Source: Candidatus Nomurabacteria bacterium
GTDB taxonomy: Bacteria; Patescibacteriota; Patescibacteriia; HK-STAS-PATE-3
DNA length: 64,000 nucleotides
Direction of reading: 5' to 3'
NCBI GenBank assembly: GCA_023898465.1
Contig: CP060223.1
Span: 32,001-96,000, forward strand
In this document: positions 16,846 to 26,900 of the stretch, piece after piece
Numbering within the stretch: position 1 is the stretch's first letter
Layout of the letters: each line of letters begins with the position of its first letter
Translations under genes and position numbers: made by a program
The notes under the pieces: generated by a model
The model's input: only the letters and a program-made list of their open reading frames with translations
Told to the model about the DNA's origin: nothing
Database searches by the model: none

Positions 16846-17799
16846 TTATTCGTCTTCGTCTTTTTCATCCCTCCGCCGGCCATGAAAGGCTTTGTACACT
16901 TCACGTAGCTGCGCATTAGTAACGTGGGTGTATATTTGCGTGGTCGTAATAGAGGAGTGGCCGAGCAATTCCTGCACAGAGCGAATATCAGCACCATTCA
17001 TTAGCAGGTCAGTAGCAAAGCTGTGCCGCAGGGTATGCGGTGTAATCTTTTTCGTAATCCCGGCAATCGCGGCGTAGCGCTGCACCATCCGTTGGATAGA
17101 GCGGGGCGTAAGTGGACTGACTTCCTCGCCTTGTATCTCATCACTTTTTCCAGCAGCTCGATCATGTCGGACAAACAGCGCATCGTTGCCGTCGCGCCGC
17201 ATCTGCAGGTAGTGTCGGATCGCCTGCTTCGCTTGTTCAGAAATAAATACCAGTCGGACTTTGCCGCCTTTACCCTTGACCGAGAATTCATCCTTTTCCA
17301 GGTTGAGACTGTTGCGCTGCAGTTTCGCTAACTCGGAAATACGTAATCCCGTTGAGAAGAGTGTTTCGAGAATTGCTCGGTCGCGTTGCTTCACGATGTC
17401 GCTGCTTGGACTTTTATATGGAGCTTGCAAGAGTTGCTCCAAATCCTCTGAATCAAGGAAGTTGACAGAGCGCTGCGACTGTTTCATTAGCTCAATTTTT
17501 TCTGGAGCTAGTGAAGCAATATCGTGTCGCGATAGATATTTCAAAAATGAACGCAGGGCAATGAGGTGGTAGTTTTGCGTTGAGGCTTTAAGAGTTTCAC
17601 TATCTTTACCGAGCAGGCGATTCAACTTCAAACGAAAAGAGCGCACATTCGCCTCGGTAATATCCTTAGGAGTTTTTACTCCGCTCAGCTCAAAAAAGCG
17701 CGTGAGATAAAAATCATAATTGCGGACAGTGAGTTGACTCCGTCCACGCTCGATTTCGAGATACTCAAGAAATTCAGTTTTTAGCTTTTGCAGATCCAC
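16846..17799 (-). CDS. tyrosine site-specific recombinase, XerC/XerD family
   Basis: 317 aa with an N-terminal SAM-like domain (LEYLEIERGRSQLTVRNY) and a C-terminal catalytic domain (HTLRHSFATDLLMNGADIRSVQELLGHSSITTTQIYTHV). Confidence 0.85.
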   Translation of the reverse strand: MDLQKLKTEFLEYLEIERGRSQLTVRNYDFYLTRFFELSGVKTPKDITEANVRSFRLKLNRLLGKDSETLKASTQNYHLIALRSFLKYLSRHDIASLAPEKIELMKQSQRSVNFLDSEDLEQLLQAPYKSPSSDIVKQRDRAILETLFSTGLRISELAKLQRNSLNLEKDEFSVKGKGGKVRLVFISEQAKQAIRHYLQMRRDGNDALFVRHDRAAGKSDEIQGEEVSPLTPRSIQRMVQRYAAIAGITKKITPHTLRHSFATDLLMNGADIRSVQELLGHSSITTTQIYTHVTNAQLREVYKAFHGRRRDEKDEDE

Positions 17800-17933
17800 C
17801 AGGGAATTTTACGACACAACGGAAGGAAATACAATAAATGCAAAAATCAAAATATGAAACCCACTGTTTGGTAGTATGTGTAGCAGCTTAGTTTTTGACC
17901 AATTTCGATTTTCGTATTTCGAAATTCGAGCTT

Positions 17934-18893
17934 TTATAGTGGTGGTATATACACCCGGTGCAGCTCTTCGTTGCCCTCGAGATTTTGCTGATGCTCAGCT
18001 TCCCGAATCGCCAGGGCAATTTGTCGGACAATGATGTGGAGGAGGATCTGGTTATTGTAGTTGAAGTCGCGCTTGCCTTCTTTATCACCCAGCAGGATAG
18101 CACCAACAACCTCGCCACCAGTGCGGACTTTCACTCCCAGCATAGAAGCGGAGCTATAGGCTGTTTCTAGGTTTGGCTTGGCTTTAAAAACCTCATGTGT
18201 GATAAAGATGTCGCGCTGGGTGCGGTGAATTTCACCGAGAATCGGATCATCGCGCAAGGAGAGTTTTAGAGATTCGATATCCTGATTTTTCTCATAGCCG
18301 ATCGCTTTTTCTATCACGATGCGATTTTCCATTGGGCGATACCAAGCAAAGAGGGCTTTTTTCGCACGAATCGTTTCAGTGATAGTTTGCAATAGAGCTT
18401 CAATCAGATTATCAAGATTGGAGTAGCTGGTAGCAATTTTACCTGTCGCATACACGGTGACAAGTTTATTATTCGCGTGATGCAAGCGATCAGTCAGGTT
18501 GCCCATGATATTGCCAAAGAGCACATTGGCGATGGCGGGTTCCTGTTGCCTGAACTTTTGGAAATCCTTACCAGAAATCACGAGCAGCTGCGCGTCCTCG
18601 GTTACCTCAGCCAGGTGGTGGTGCTCTACATCAGGATTGATCAGGGCGCTCTCTACTAAAAAGGTGTGTGCGCCAAGTAAGGCCAAGGTTTGTACCTCAT
18701 CTTTAAAGGTGCGGTAAATATGCACCTGCCCAGAAAGCACGATAATGAATTCTTTACGCTTATCACCGTTCTCAAACAAGAGTGTCCCACGCTTTGCTTC
18801 TCGCATTTGCGTGATGGCCGCGATTTTTCCTAGGGCTTCATCACTAAGTCCCTGGAAAACGGGGATAGGTTTGAGAATAGAGAGCTCAGGCAT
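17934..18893 (-). CDS. cyclic-nucleotide-binding (CAP-like) domain plus GAF domain protein
   Basis: N-terminus FQGLSDEALGKIAAI...LLFENGDKRKEFIIVLSGQVHIY is a cNMP-binding beta-barrel. The C-terminal half is GAF-like. No DNA-binding HTH was seen. Confidence 0.65.
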   Translation of the reverse strand: MPELSILKPIPVFQGLSDEALGKIAAITQMREAKRGTLLFENGDKRKEFIIVLSGQVHIYRTFKDEVQTLALLGAHTFLVESALINPDVEHHHLAEVTEDAQLLVISGKDFQKFRQQEPAIANVLFGNIMGNLTDRLHHANNKLVTVYATGKIATSYSNLDNLIEALLQTITETIRAKKALFAWYRPMENRIVIEKAIGYEKNQDIESLKLSLRDDPILGEIHRTQRDIFITHEVFKAKPNLETAYSSASMLGVKVRTGGEVVGAILLGDKEGKRDFNYNNQILLHIIVRQIALAIREAEHQQNLEGNEELHRVYIPPL

Positions 18894-18895
18894 GG

Positions 18896-19945
18896 TTAAT
18901 CGAGGAATTCAGGGTTGGCCATGTGTGCCACCGCGACTTCCCGGGAGATTAATTCGTTTTGATACATTTGTTTGAGCGATTGATCCATGGTCATCATGCC
19001 CTCCTCTGAGCTGGTCTGAATCGCTGTCTTAATCTGGTGTACCTTATTTTCTCGGATCAGGTTAGCAATAGCCGGAGTGTTGATGAGCACTTCACGAGCA
19101 GCCACACGACCGCCGCCGTTTTTCGGCAAAAGCAGCTGGGAAATAATCCCGCGCAAGAAAAGCGAGAGCTGCAAACGTACCTGCGCCTGCTGATACGGCG
19201 GGAAGACGTCAATAATACGATCGATCGATTGGGCTGCATTTAAGGTGTGCAGCGTGGCAAAAACCAAGTGACCGGTTTCGGCTAAGGTAATGGTAGAGGC
19301 GATAGTTTCTAAGTCGCGCATTTCTCCAACCAGAATGATGTTCGGATCCTGACGGAGGACGTGCTTCAAACCTTCACCAAAGCTCAACATGTCAGAGCCA
19401 AGCTGACGTTGTCGGATGACACTCTTCTTCGGTGTGTACAGGAACTCAATCGGATCTTCCAGTGTAATAATGTTCGCGTTTCGCTTAGAGTTGAGCAGCT
19501 CTATCATAGCGGCCAGGGAAGTGGACTTACCACAACCAGTTGGACCGGTAACGAGGATTAAGCCTTGATTAAGGTCAAGTAAATCATAAACCACCGGAGG
19601 CATGAGGAGCTCCTCCATAGCTGGTATGTTGGTTGAAATAACACGAGACACGAGACCCGGGTAAGTTTTTTCCCAAAGCATGTTTACACGGAAACGTGAA
19701 ACATCTTTTATCTCATAGGAAATATCCAGCTCGCGTTTGCTTTCGTATATCTTGCGCTGGCTCTCATTTAATATGCTGAAGCACAAGGTTTTCACTTGCT
19801 CAGGCGTCAGAACTGGCTTATCAGGCACACGCTGCAAAACTCCATCAATACGGACGATGGGCGGGAGGTTGGCGATTAAGTGAATGTCAGAGGCTTTGTG
19901 TTTGACTGCGTAGAGAAAAATTTCGTCGATGGATAGGCTAGGCAT
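18896..19945 (-). CDS. pilT: type IV pilus retraction ATPase PilT
   Basis: GLILVTGPTGCGKSTSLAAMI (Walker A), LVGEMRDLETI and His box TLHT. 349 aa. Confidence 0.9.
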   Translation of the reverse strand: MPSLSIDEIFLYAVKHKASDIHLIANLPPIVRIDGVLQRVPDKPVLTPEQVKTLCFSILNESQRKIYESKRELDISYEIKDVSRFRVNMLWEKTYPGLVSRVISTNIPAMEELLMPPVVYDLLDLNQGLILVTGPTGCGKSTSLAAMIELLNSKRNANIITLEDPIEFLYTPKKSVIRQRQLGSDMLSFGEGLKHVLRQDPNIILVGEMRDLETIASTITLAETGHLVFATLHTLNAAQSIDRIIDVFPPYQQAQVRLQLSLFLRGIISQLLLPKNGGGRVAAREVLINTPAIANLIRENKVHQIKTAIQTSSEEGMMTMDQSLKQMYQNELISREVAVAHMANPEFLD

Positions 19946-20150
19946 TTTCTTTTGTTAGACAAGCATGGGTAAGTACTCCTTATAGTAGCAGGAATGAGAG
20001 AAATTCGAAATATGAAGCTCGAAATGCAAAACAAATTCGAATGAGAAAAATACCAATGAGATAAACAGGCAGGTTTTGAGCCTTGAAATATTCGCGTTTT
20101 ATATGTGCTTAGGACTTAGCGCTTAGGGTTTCGTGTTTTTCTCTGTGGTC

Positions 20151-20185
20151 TTGACAATTTTAACAATTTGTGCTATTATCCCGCG
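20151..20185 (+). promoter_or_regulatory. sigma70-like promoter TTGACA-17-TATTAT for the 20335-23757 operon
   Basis: The sequence reads ttgacaattttaacaatttgtgctattat. Confidence 0.5.
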
Positions 20186-20334
20186 TTACGTTGCCAGAAA
20201 TGGCGGTCGTAGCACGATCATTGACAAGTGAATAGTCAGTTGATCGTCACAATAGTGAGGCAGCTTTTAGGCTGTTCTCTTGTGAATGGTCGTAAGCGTT
20301 CGAAAAAGCAGGTCTTAGACCTGGGGAGGATGCA

Positions 20335-20919
20335 ATGGCTGATATCACCGGCTTCTTGGAAAAGATTGCCGGGGCGATAATTGGAGCCAAAGATGAAAAA
20401 GGTGCCGACCAAAAGCCAGCCACGAAAAAGAAGGGTTGGCTTGAGGACGTCGCAGAGATCGAGATGGACAGGGTTTTGCCTGCCATTGCGAGGTCTATTT
20501 TTCGTCTGACCGGCGGCCGAGGTAAGGAGTTTATCGCTCTACTCACGAGCGATCCGGCTAAGTTGGTCTGGGCTCGACTCACCCCTGATCATTGGAAGTA
20601 CTCGAACCTGATCGACAATGCTCGAAATCGTCTGGCTGTTGAACTTTCCAAACTATCGACTGGAGAGGCCTCGCTCGATGATGACGAAGTAGGTCTAAGT
20701 CTGGCAGAGATCGATTGGTCCGTCGCCGACTTCGAGACACTACTTGAGGTGAGCATTGCTCGAGCCGAGTTTGAGTTGGAGTATCCCGAAATGATACCCG
20801 CCTATGATAGGTTTGTGGCAAATCTCCTGAAAGGGAATGGCGCAAAGAAGAAAGAGGGCGGTAAGGATACGAGGGGCAGCAAAGGCAAGCAGTCAGGAGG
20901 TAAAGATGGTGGAAAGTAG
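20335..20919 (+). CDS. hypothetical soluble protein (194 aa, Lys/Gly-rich tail); gene 1 of a GC-rich four-gene operon
   Basis: SD ggggagga upstream of the ATG. No recognisable domain. Its stop overlaps the next gene's start. Confidence 0.6.
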   Translation: MADITGFLEKIAGAIIGAKDEKGADQKPATKKKGWLEDVAEIEMDRVLPAIARSIFRLTGGRGKEFIALLTSDPAKLVWARLTPDHWKYSNLIDNARNRLAVELSKLSTGEASLDDDEVGLSLAEIDWSVADFETLLEVSIARAEFELEYPEMIPAYDRFVANLLKGNGAKKKEGGKDTRGSKGKQSGGKDGGK

Positions 20920-21445
20920 CAACCCCAAGAAGGGCCTCCTCGATCGCTTCCTGAAAGGGACGCCAGACGAGAAGGCCACCGTGCTGCGAAGTGTCGGCAT
21001 GGGTACTGGAAGTGGAGGAGCCACGGCAAAACGTGACTTCAACGCGCTTTTGTATCGCAGTTCTCAGATCACGGATCAGATGCGTGAAGCGTATGCGGAG
21101 TTTCGACGTGGTCTCAGCATCGAACAACTGGAAGCAGTCCGGCGTATTGAGGCGACGTTGAATGATGTCGGTTCAGTACGTTCATGGCTTGAGTTGAATG
21201 ATGACCAGCGTATCGAGGTGGCTGAGAACTACAGCACCACTACCGTGCCTCAGCAAGAGGTAGCCGATGCAGTTCGTGGAGCTGCCGGGGCGCTTCAACG
21301 GGGTACTGCCTCGATGGCGGGTTTTCGTGAACGCCACCGTGCTGGTCTGGAAGAGAAGAAGCAGAAGTGGCAAGAAGAAGATGAAGCAAGAGCGCGTCGG
21401 CGAGAAGCTGTGCGCGGCTGGCTTCGAAATCCTTTCCGGCGATAG
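20906..21445 (+). CDS. hypothetical soluble protein (179 aa, Arg/Glu-rich C-terminus); gene 2
   Basis: SD aggagg 8 nt upstream of ATGGTGGAAAG, overlapping the upstream stop. The 20837 start is rejected because it overlaps gene 1 extensively. Confidence 0.55.
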   Translation: MVESSNPKKGLLDRFLKGTPDEKATVLRSVGMGTGSGGATAKRDFNALLYRSSQITDQMREAYAEFRRGLSIEQLEAVRRIEATLNDVGSVRSWLELNDDQRIEVAENYSTTTVPQQEVADAVRGAAGALQRGTASMAGFRERHRAGLEEKKQKWQEEDEARARRREAVRGWLRNPFRR

Positions 21446-21460
21446 TCAACGAAGGAGGTC

Positions 21461-22813
21461 ATGATGTGGGAACGGATCAAGCGTTTCTTCGCCGGCGAGG
21501 TGGAGGACGCGCTAGGTGAGCTTGGTGGCGAAAGTGTGAATGTCATCACAGCGTTCCTGGAAACGGTCTGGTGCGTAGCCTCGGTCTTTTACCAGACTGA
21601 GGTCAGAGTGTTGAAGCGTGGGCTTCCTTGGTTGATTGTTTGGTTGACCACTTGGGCCATGACGACAATAGTAGCCTGGGTTTGCAACAACTTCTTTTGG
21701 CACCGACCTTGGTTGTCGTCAGTAATTGGTCTTGCCTCGACTCTCTTCGCCTTATTCGTCTTTATCTATGGAGGGAGAATTCTCTTCATATTAGCGGTGG
21801 CGAAGGGGATCACGACCATGAGGCTCTCGAGGTGGAAGCCCTGGGAGATAAATGTGCTCATGGAAGATCTCCGTCGGGGCATGGATGGAACGCTCGACGG
21901 GTATTTCTACTTTCTCCGGATTCTGAGTTGGGTGGCAATTGGTGAGCTCTTGTTCTTCATCTATGGGAACATCTTCCCAATGTGGAACAATTACGCCGTG
22001 ATGCCGCTTTTCTTTTCCACCCTTCTTGTGTTCATACTTCTGTCGAAGAAGCTGAGCACGGGCGCGGAGAAGGCGGCTCGGATGCAGCAGGTGCAGCAGG
22101 TGATGCTCGTCATCGCCGTTCTGTGTTCGGGGAGCTTCCTGGCGCCGGGACCTTTCCAGCGCTTTGGAGCAATGCTCACGAGCCTACAGACCAAGGCAGC
22201 CTCTGACACCTGGTTCCCAGTGTCGGCGCTCTTGATCGTCTTCATCACTCTTGCGGTGTACGGCAGCAAGTCCTTGCTCAAGTACACGCAGTGGTTGATG
22301 ATCGGCTTGGCGTCGTCGTACATCGGCTACGTGGCCATCTCCGCAGTCTGGATCAAGCACAACACTCCGCTCGTGCCGACGGTTTTCCTAGGTACGGTCG
22401 CTCTGGTGCTGGTGCTGGCGGCAATCGGACTCACGATGCCGAAGTCGACTGACGGGTCCGGTAAGCGGATGGCTCTTGGTGTTGGTCTGGCTGGATTGAC
22501 TTGCGCCTGCCTCCTCCTCTTCTACGGGGGGAGTCAGGACGGACAGTATCTGGATCCGGTCTCGGGTGCCGCGAAGGTTTTCGTGGCAACTGATCCGGTG
22601 ACAGAGACCCAGATCGGCGTTCGCGGACCAAAGGCGGCGACGTACACGGTTGATCCCGAGTACGGACAGCCCTTCGTTGCCTGGACCTCTCTCACCAGAG
22701 AGGAGCAGGACAAGTTCCGCAAGAACCCGAAGTGGATCGATGAGGTCAAGCTGGAAGGCTTGGGTCTCACGAACAGTAACGCGACCTACACACTGAAAGG
22801 AGGCACACCGTAA
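21461..22813 (+). CDS. hypothetical polytopic membrane protein (about 8-10 TM helices plus C-terminal soluble domain); gene 3
   Basis: Multiple 20-aa hydrophobic stretches. SD aggagg upstream of the ATG. Confidence 0.6.
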   Translation: MMWERIKRFFAGEVEDALGELGGESVNVITAFLETVWCVASVFYQTEVRVLKRGLPWLIVWLTTWAMTTIVAWVCNNFFWHRPWLSSVIGLASTLFALFVFIYGGRILFILAVAKGITTMRLSRWKPWEINVLMEDLRRGMDGTLDGYFYFLRILSWVAIGELLFFIYGNIFPMWNNYAVMPLFFSTLLVFILLSKKLSTGAEKAARMQQVQQVMLVIAVLCSGSFLAPGPFQRFGAMLTSLQTKAASDTWFPVSALLIVFITLAVYGSKSLLKYTQWLMIGLASSYIGYVAISAVWIKHNTPLVPTVFLGTVALVLVLAAIGLTMPKSTDGSGKRMALGVGLAGLTCACLLLFYGGSQDGQYLDPVSGAAKVFVATDPVTETQIGVRGPKAATYTVDPEYGQPFVAWTSLTREEQDKFRKNPKWIDEVKLEGLGLTNSNATYTLKGGTP

Positions 22814-23757
22814 TGGTGTCGATCCTCGATATCTATGTGCTTTTCGCCGTCTTCATGCTGGTGTTTCTCAACTTCCGGCGTGGAGACTGGACGCGGGGTA
22901 TCGCAGCGGTGATCTTCGGCGCTTTGGGTGTCGGCTTCCTCGTCGGGATGATCAAGTCTTTCCCGCTGCAAGTGGGAATGCTGGAGCCTCCGCTTCGCAC
23001 CTGGTCGACTGCAGGCACGGTGGAAATCGTGTTCCGCCTGGCGATCACGTTCGGCCTGATCTATTGGCTTGTGTACATGATCAGGGTAAAGAAGTGGACG
23101 CTGCGACCTGTTGTCTTGGGGATTGCGGTCCTCATGGCACTGGGCTTCGATACTGGCATGATGCTGCGACCGTACTATACGGACAGTCTCGCGCCGGTCG
23201 TCGAGGTAGCAGCAGCTGATTCACTCGAAACGAACTACGAGTCCTTGACTCTGGTCGCACGTGCGAATCAGCGAGAGAATCGGGTGCGTTCGGTTCAGAA
23301 GGGCGATCTCGTCATCTGCCGCTTCGTAGGAGAGCCTGACAAGTTCTGCTACCGAGCGCTCAAGAGCACTCCGTACTATCGGGGCGCTCGAGAGGTGCAG
23401 TTGGTCGGCTCCTATCAGGATCCTACCCAGCACTCGGTTCGTGACTACATCAACGCGACGGACTACAGCTTCCTGCTTCCGCCGTCGCGCATCAGCGCTC
23501 GACGAATCCCCACCAGCCTCAACTTCATCGGTGTCTGCGGCTATGCCCCGGCACCTCTGCAAGATGAGGTGGCAAGCTTCGTGGTACGGGAGTCAGGGGA
23601 TTTGTACATCGGGTATAACACCCGAGCCTACAATATGCCTTTGACTCGCTTCGCTACCTTCAACTTCGGCTACTGGCACGCACCCATGAATCCTCCTACG
23701 GTGAATGGGGAACGTGTCTTTCAGGTCACGGTCATTCCTGCTGGAGAGTGGGGATGA
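22813..23757 (+). CDS. hypothetical membrane protein (4 N-terminal TM helices plus about 180-aa C-terminal domain); gene 4
   Basis: ATG overlaps the gene-3 stop (gtaATGg). Ends at a strong terminator. Confidence 0.6.
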   Translation: MVSILDIYVLFAVFMLVFLNFRRGDWTRGIAAVIFGALGVGFLVGMIKSFPLQVGMLEPPLRTWSTAGTVEIVFRLAITFGLIYWLVYMIRVKKWTLRPVVLGIAVLMALGFDTGMMLRPYYTDSLAPVVEVAAADSLETNYESLTLVARANQRENRVRSVQKGDLVICRFVGEPDKFCYRALKSTPYYRGAREVQLVGSYQDPTQHSVRDYINATDYSFLLPPSRISARRIPTSLNFIGVCGYAPAPLQDEVASFVVRESGDLYIGYNTRAYNMPLTRFATFNFGYWHAPMNPPTVNGERVFQVTVIPAGEWG

Positions 23758-23810
23758 TCACAATGTTCTTTTACCTTCAACCGCCTGGGCGTGGAAGCCC
23801 TGGCTATCAA

Positions 23811-23862
23811 AGGCCCTGTCTCGAATAAACAACGAGAGACAGGGTCTTTTTCTTTTTGTAAG
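23811..23862 (+). terminator. rho-independent terminator
   Basis: ccctgtctcgaataaacaacgagagacaggg forms a hairpin followed by tctttttcttttt. Confidence 0.5.
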
Positions 23863-23902
23863 CACACCAAGGCTGGGATGCCTTGGCTAGTTGTTATTAC
23901 CT

Positions 23903-23930
23903 TGAAATTCAGGCCATTTTTTGCTATACT
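23903..23930 (+). promoter_or_regulatory. promoter TTGAAA-16-TATACT
   Basis: ttgaaattcaggccattttttgctatact lies just upstream of the 23940 ATG. Confidence 0.45.
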
Positions 23931-23939
23931 GCACCTACC

Positions 23940-26900
23940 ATGCGATTTCATTTAGCTTCACGCATCCTCATCGGAGCGCTTCTCGTGCTTACTGGAGCGC
24001 TATTTTCGCATACCGTGTTTGCTGCATATGGTGATGTGACGAGTTTTACCAGCAAAGTGTATGCAGGAGATGGCGGACAAGCAGCTAATGCATGGTTAGA
24101 TTTTCCGGAAGATATTAATTTTGATGCTGATGGCAACCTTTACGTTGCTGATACAGAGAATTTTGTTATTCGAAAAATAGACACGAACGGCGTGATCAGC
24201 ACCTACGCCGGATCTGGCCATTATGGTTTTTACAATGCGCCTGGGAATGCTGCTCAATTTGCTTCGCCAAAAGGACTTGCCATTGATAGCTCAGGGAATA
24301 TCTACGTGGCGGACACGGATAACAACATGATTCGCAAGATTGATCGTTATCGTGGCATCTCCACTGTGTTATCAGACAATTTGAACGCTCCCGAAGGTAT
24401 CACAGTATATGGTAGCTATCTCTACATTGCCGATACTGGGAATAACGCAGTAAAAAAACTCAATCTTGGTAACGGACGAGTTGATATTCTTAGTTCTGAT
24501 GTTTCTCATCCACGTAAGTTAGTAGTAAATACTGATGGGAGCTTAGTCTATGTCACTGACTCGGGAAATAATCGAGTAGTTTCAGTGAATACCAGCACCG
24601 GATTAACCTCATTGATTGCTGGAAGCTCAGAAGGGTATCGAGAGGGTGTGGGAAGTGCGGCAAAGTTTTCTAATCTCGCAGGAATTGCCTTTGACGGCAC
24701 CTATATATATGTGGGCGATGGATCAGGGCATGATAATCGCATTCGCAAAATCCACATTGGCACGAGACAGACAAGCTTGGTGGCTGATGATCCTCGTTTG
24801 CAAGTATTTAGCACTCCTTTTGGCATCCGGATTCGAAACGGGAAAATCTACGGCGCCAGCACCGGAAATAGCACCATCCAATCCTTTACTGCTTCAAACG
24901 GCGAACACTATGCGCGCATCGCCGGAATTGATCGCTTTGGTTATCGTAACGGGTCAATCACTGAAGCGCTTTTTGGTCGACCAAATGATGTGGTTATGAA
25001 CGCGGCTCGGACAAAAATGTATGTAGCTGAGAATAATAAGATTCGTGAAATTAACCTCGAAACCAGTCAGGTTCGATTAGTAGCGGGTAACTCGATTGAT
25101 GATTACGTAGGCGAGGGACAAAGCGGATCCGCAGCTCGCTTCAGCACTATTACTGCCATGGCAATCAATAGTGATGGAGATACGCTCTATGTGGTTGATC
25201 ACTGGAATAATCGCATTCGCGCAGTCGACGTTGCCACGGGCACTACGTCTTTAATTGCTGGAGGAGGAGAGTACAATACGAGTGGCTCAGGCAATGGTTA
25301 TGCAGAGGGAAGTGGAGAAAGTGCTCGTTTTGATAATCCTTTTGGTATTGCTATTTCGCCTGACGATACCACCTTATATATCACTGATGTAGCAAATCGT
25401 CGTATTCGTAAAGTGGTTATTTCGACTGGCGCCACCTCTCTTGTTGCTGGCTCAGGTGCAAATACTTCAAGTGATGGCTCAGGTGCTGCCGCGTCATTTA
25501 TGTATCCGGCTGGCATTACTATCGATACCGCAGGTGAAAATCTCTATGTAGCAGATCGCGATGCGCATACTTTGCGTAAGATTCGCTTGTCCGATGCTAT
25601 GGTCACCACGATCGTTGGTACGGCCGGTCGACAAGGTTATCGTGATGGCATTGGTGCAAATGCTGTCCTTTCTTATCCGCTGTATGTGAAGTGGGGCAGT
25701 GATAATCGCCTTTATTTCTCCGAAGCAGGATCGCTTCGACTTCGCTTAGTAGAAGTGAGTGACATGTTAACTAAATTGGTAGCTGGTAGCGGAAATCGTG
25801 GCTATCACGATAGCACACGGACTGATGCAAAATTCAATAATATCGCTGGATTTGCTGTTGATATTCCTTCACATACGCTTTTTGCTGCTGATAATCGTAA
25901 TGATTTAATTCGACGTATTAGTATTGCCGGTTCGCCGCCTTACTCTGATCCACAACCAGTTGTACAAGGTGTGCGACCAAGTCCGATAAAAGATCAAACA
26001 GATGCGTCAGCCGTAGCCTATCTCGATGTTTTGGGCGCGAACTTCCTGCATGGCGCCGAAACAAAGTTTGGTGATTTTCGCACTACTACCTATGTAAAGA
26101 GTGATTCGCAGCTTACCGTAGTTATCCCGATCGGTTTGATGGAGCCGGGACACTACGATGTCTCAGTGACAAATCTTGATGGCCAGGTTGATATCCTTAC
26201 CAATGGCTTTGGTCTCTCTGATGCGAATGGAAATGTGCCGGAGCGCTTCTTCCCCATTTTGGAGCAAGGTGGCTTCTATGCCTATGCGCCAAACTTCCCA
26301 GGAGGAGTAAATCTGAGTTCCGGCGATGTGAATAATGACGGTCGTGATGAAATAATTACCGCCCCGGCATCTCTCGGTGGACCACATGTTCGTTACTTTA
26401 CCAAAGATGGCTCTGTGGTCGGTCAGCTCTTTGCCTATGCGCCGAGTTATCGCGGGGGAGTGAGTGTTGCCTCTTGCGACATTGATGGTGATGGTAAGGA
26501 CGACATCGTGACGGGTACGGATGGAGCGAAGGCGCCGCATGTACGTATCTTGCGAGCCGACGGTTCATTAATTAACCAATTCTTTGCCTACCCGCAGGCT
26601 TTCCGGATCGGTGTGACAGTAGCCTGTGGTGATGTGACTGGTGACGGTAATCCGGAAATTGTAGTGAGTCCGCAAGCACGCGGTGGTCCACACGTCCGCG
26701 TCTTTACTCCAAATGGCCAATTAGTTTCTCAATTCTTTGCCTACCCGGCACATTTTCGCTTAGGTCTCGACTTAGCTCTCGGCGACACTGACGGGGACGG
26801 TACAAAAGAAATTATTGTCGCACCGTTGACCAATGGCGGTCCACATGTTCGCCGTTTTAATGCGCAGGGTCAACTCCTCGGTCAATTCTTTGCCTACGGT

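Noticed and set aside
16846-17799. Calling the tyrosine recombinase a phage/ICE integrase that defines an island at tRNA-His
   Set aside because: Its length (317 aa) and its N- and C-terminal motifs fit XerC/XerD. The genes beyond it (cNMP/GAF, pilT) look like core genes, and no second copy of the tRNA-His 3' end was found in the window.
20579-21127. 182-aa minus-strand ORF and other antisense ORFs (20802-21029, 21240-21449, 21295-21549) within the GC-rich operon
   Set aside because: They are antisense to a better-supported coupled operon. Long spurious ORFs are expected in GC-rich DNA. They have no SD and an Arg/Pro/Ser-rich composition.
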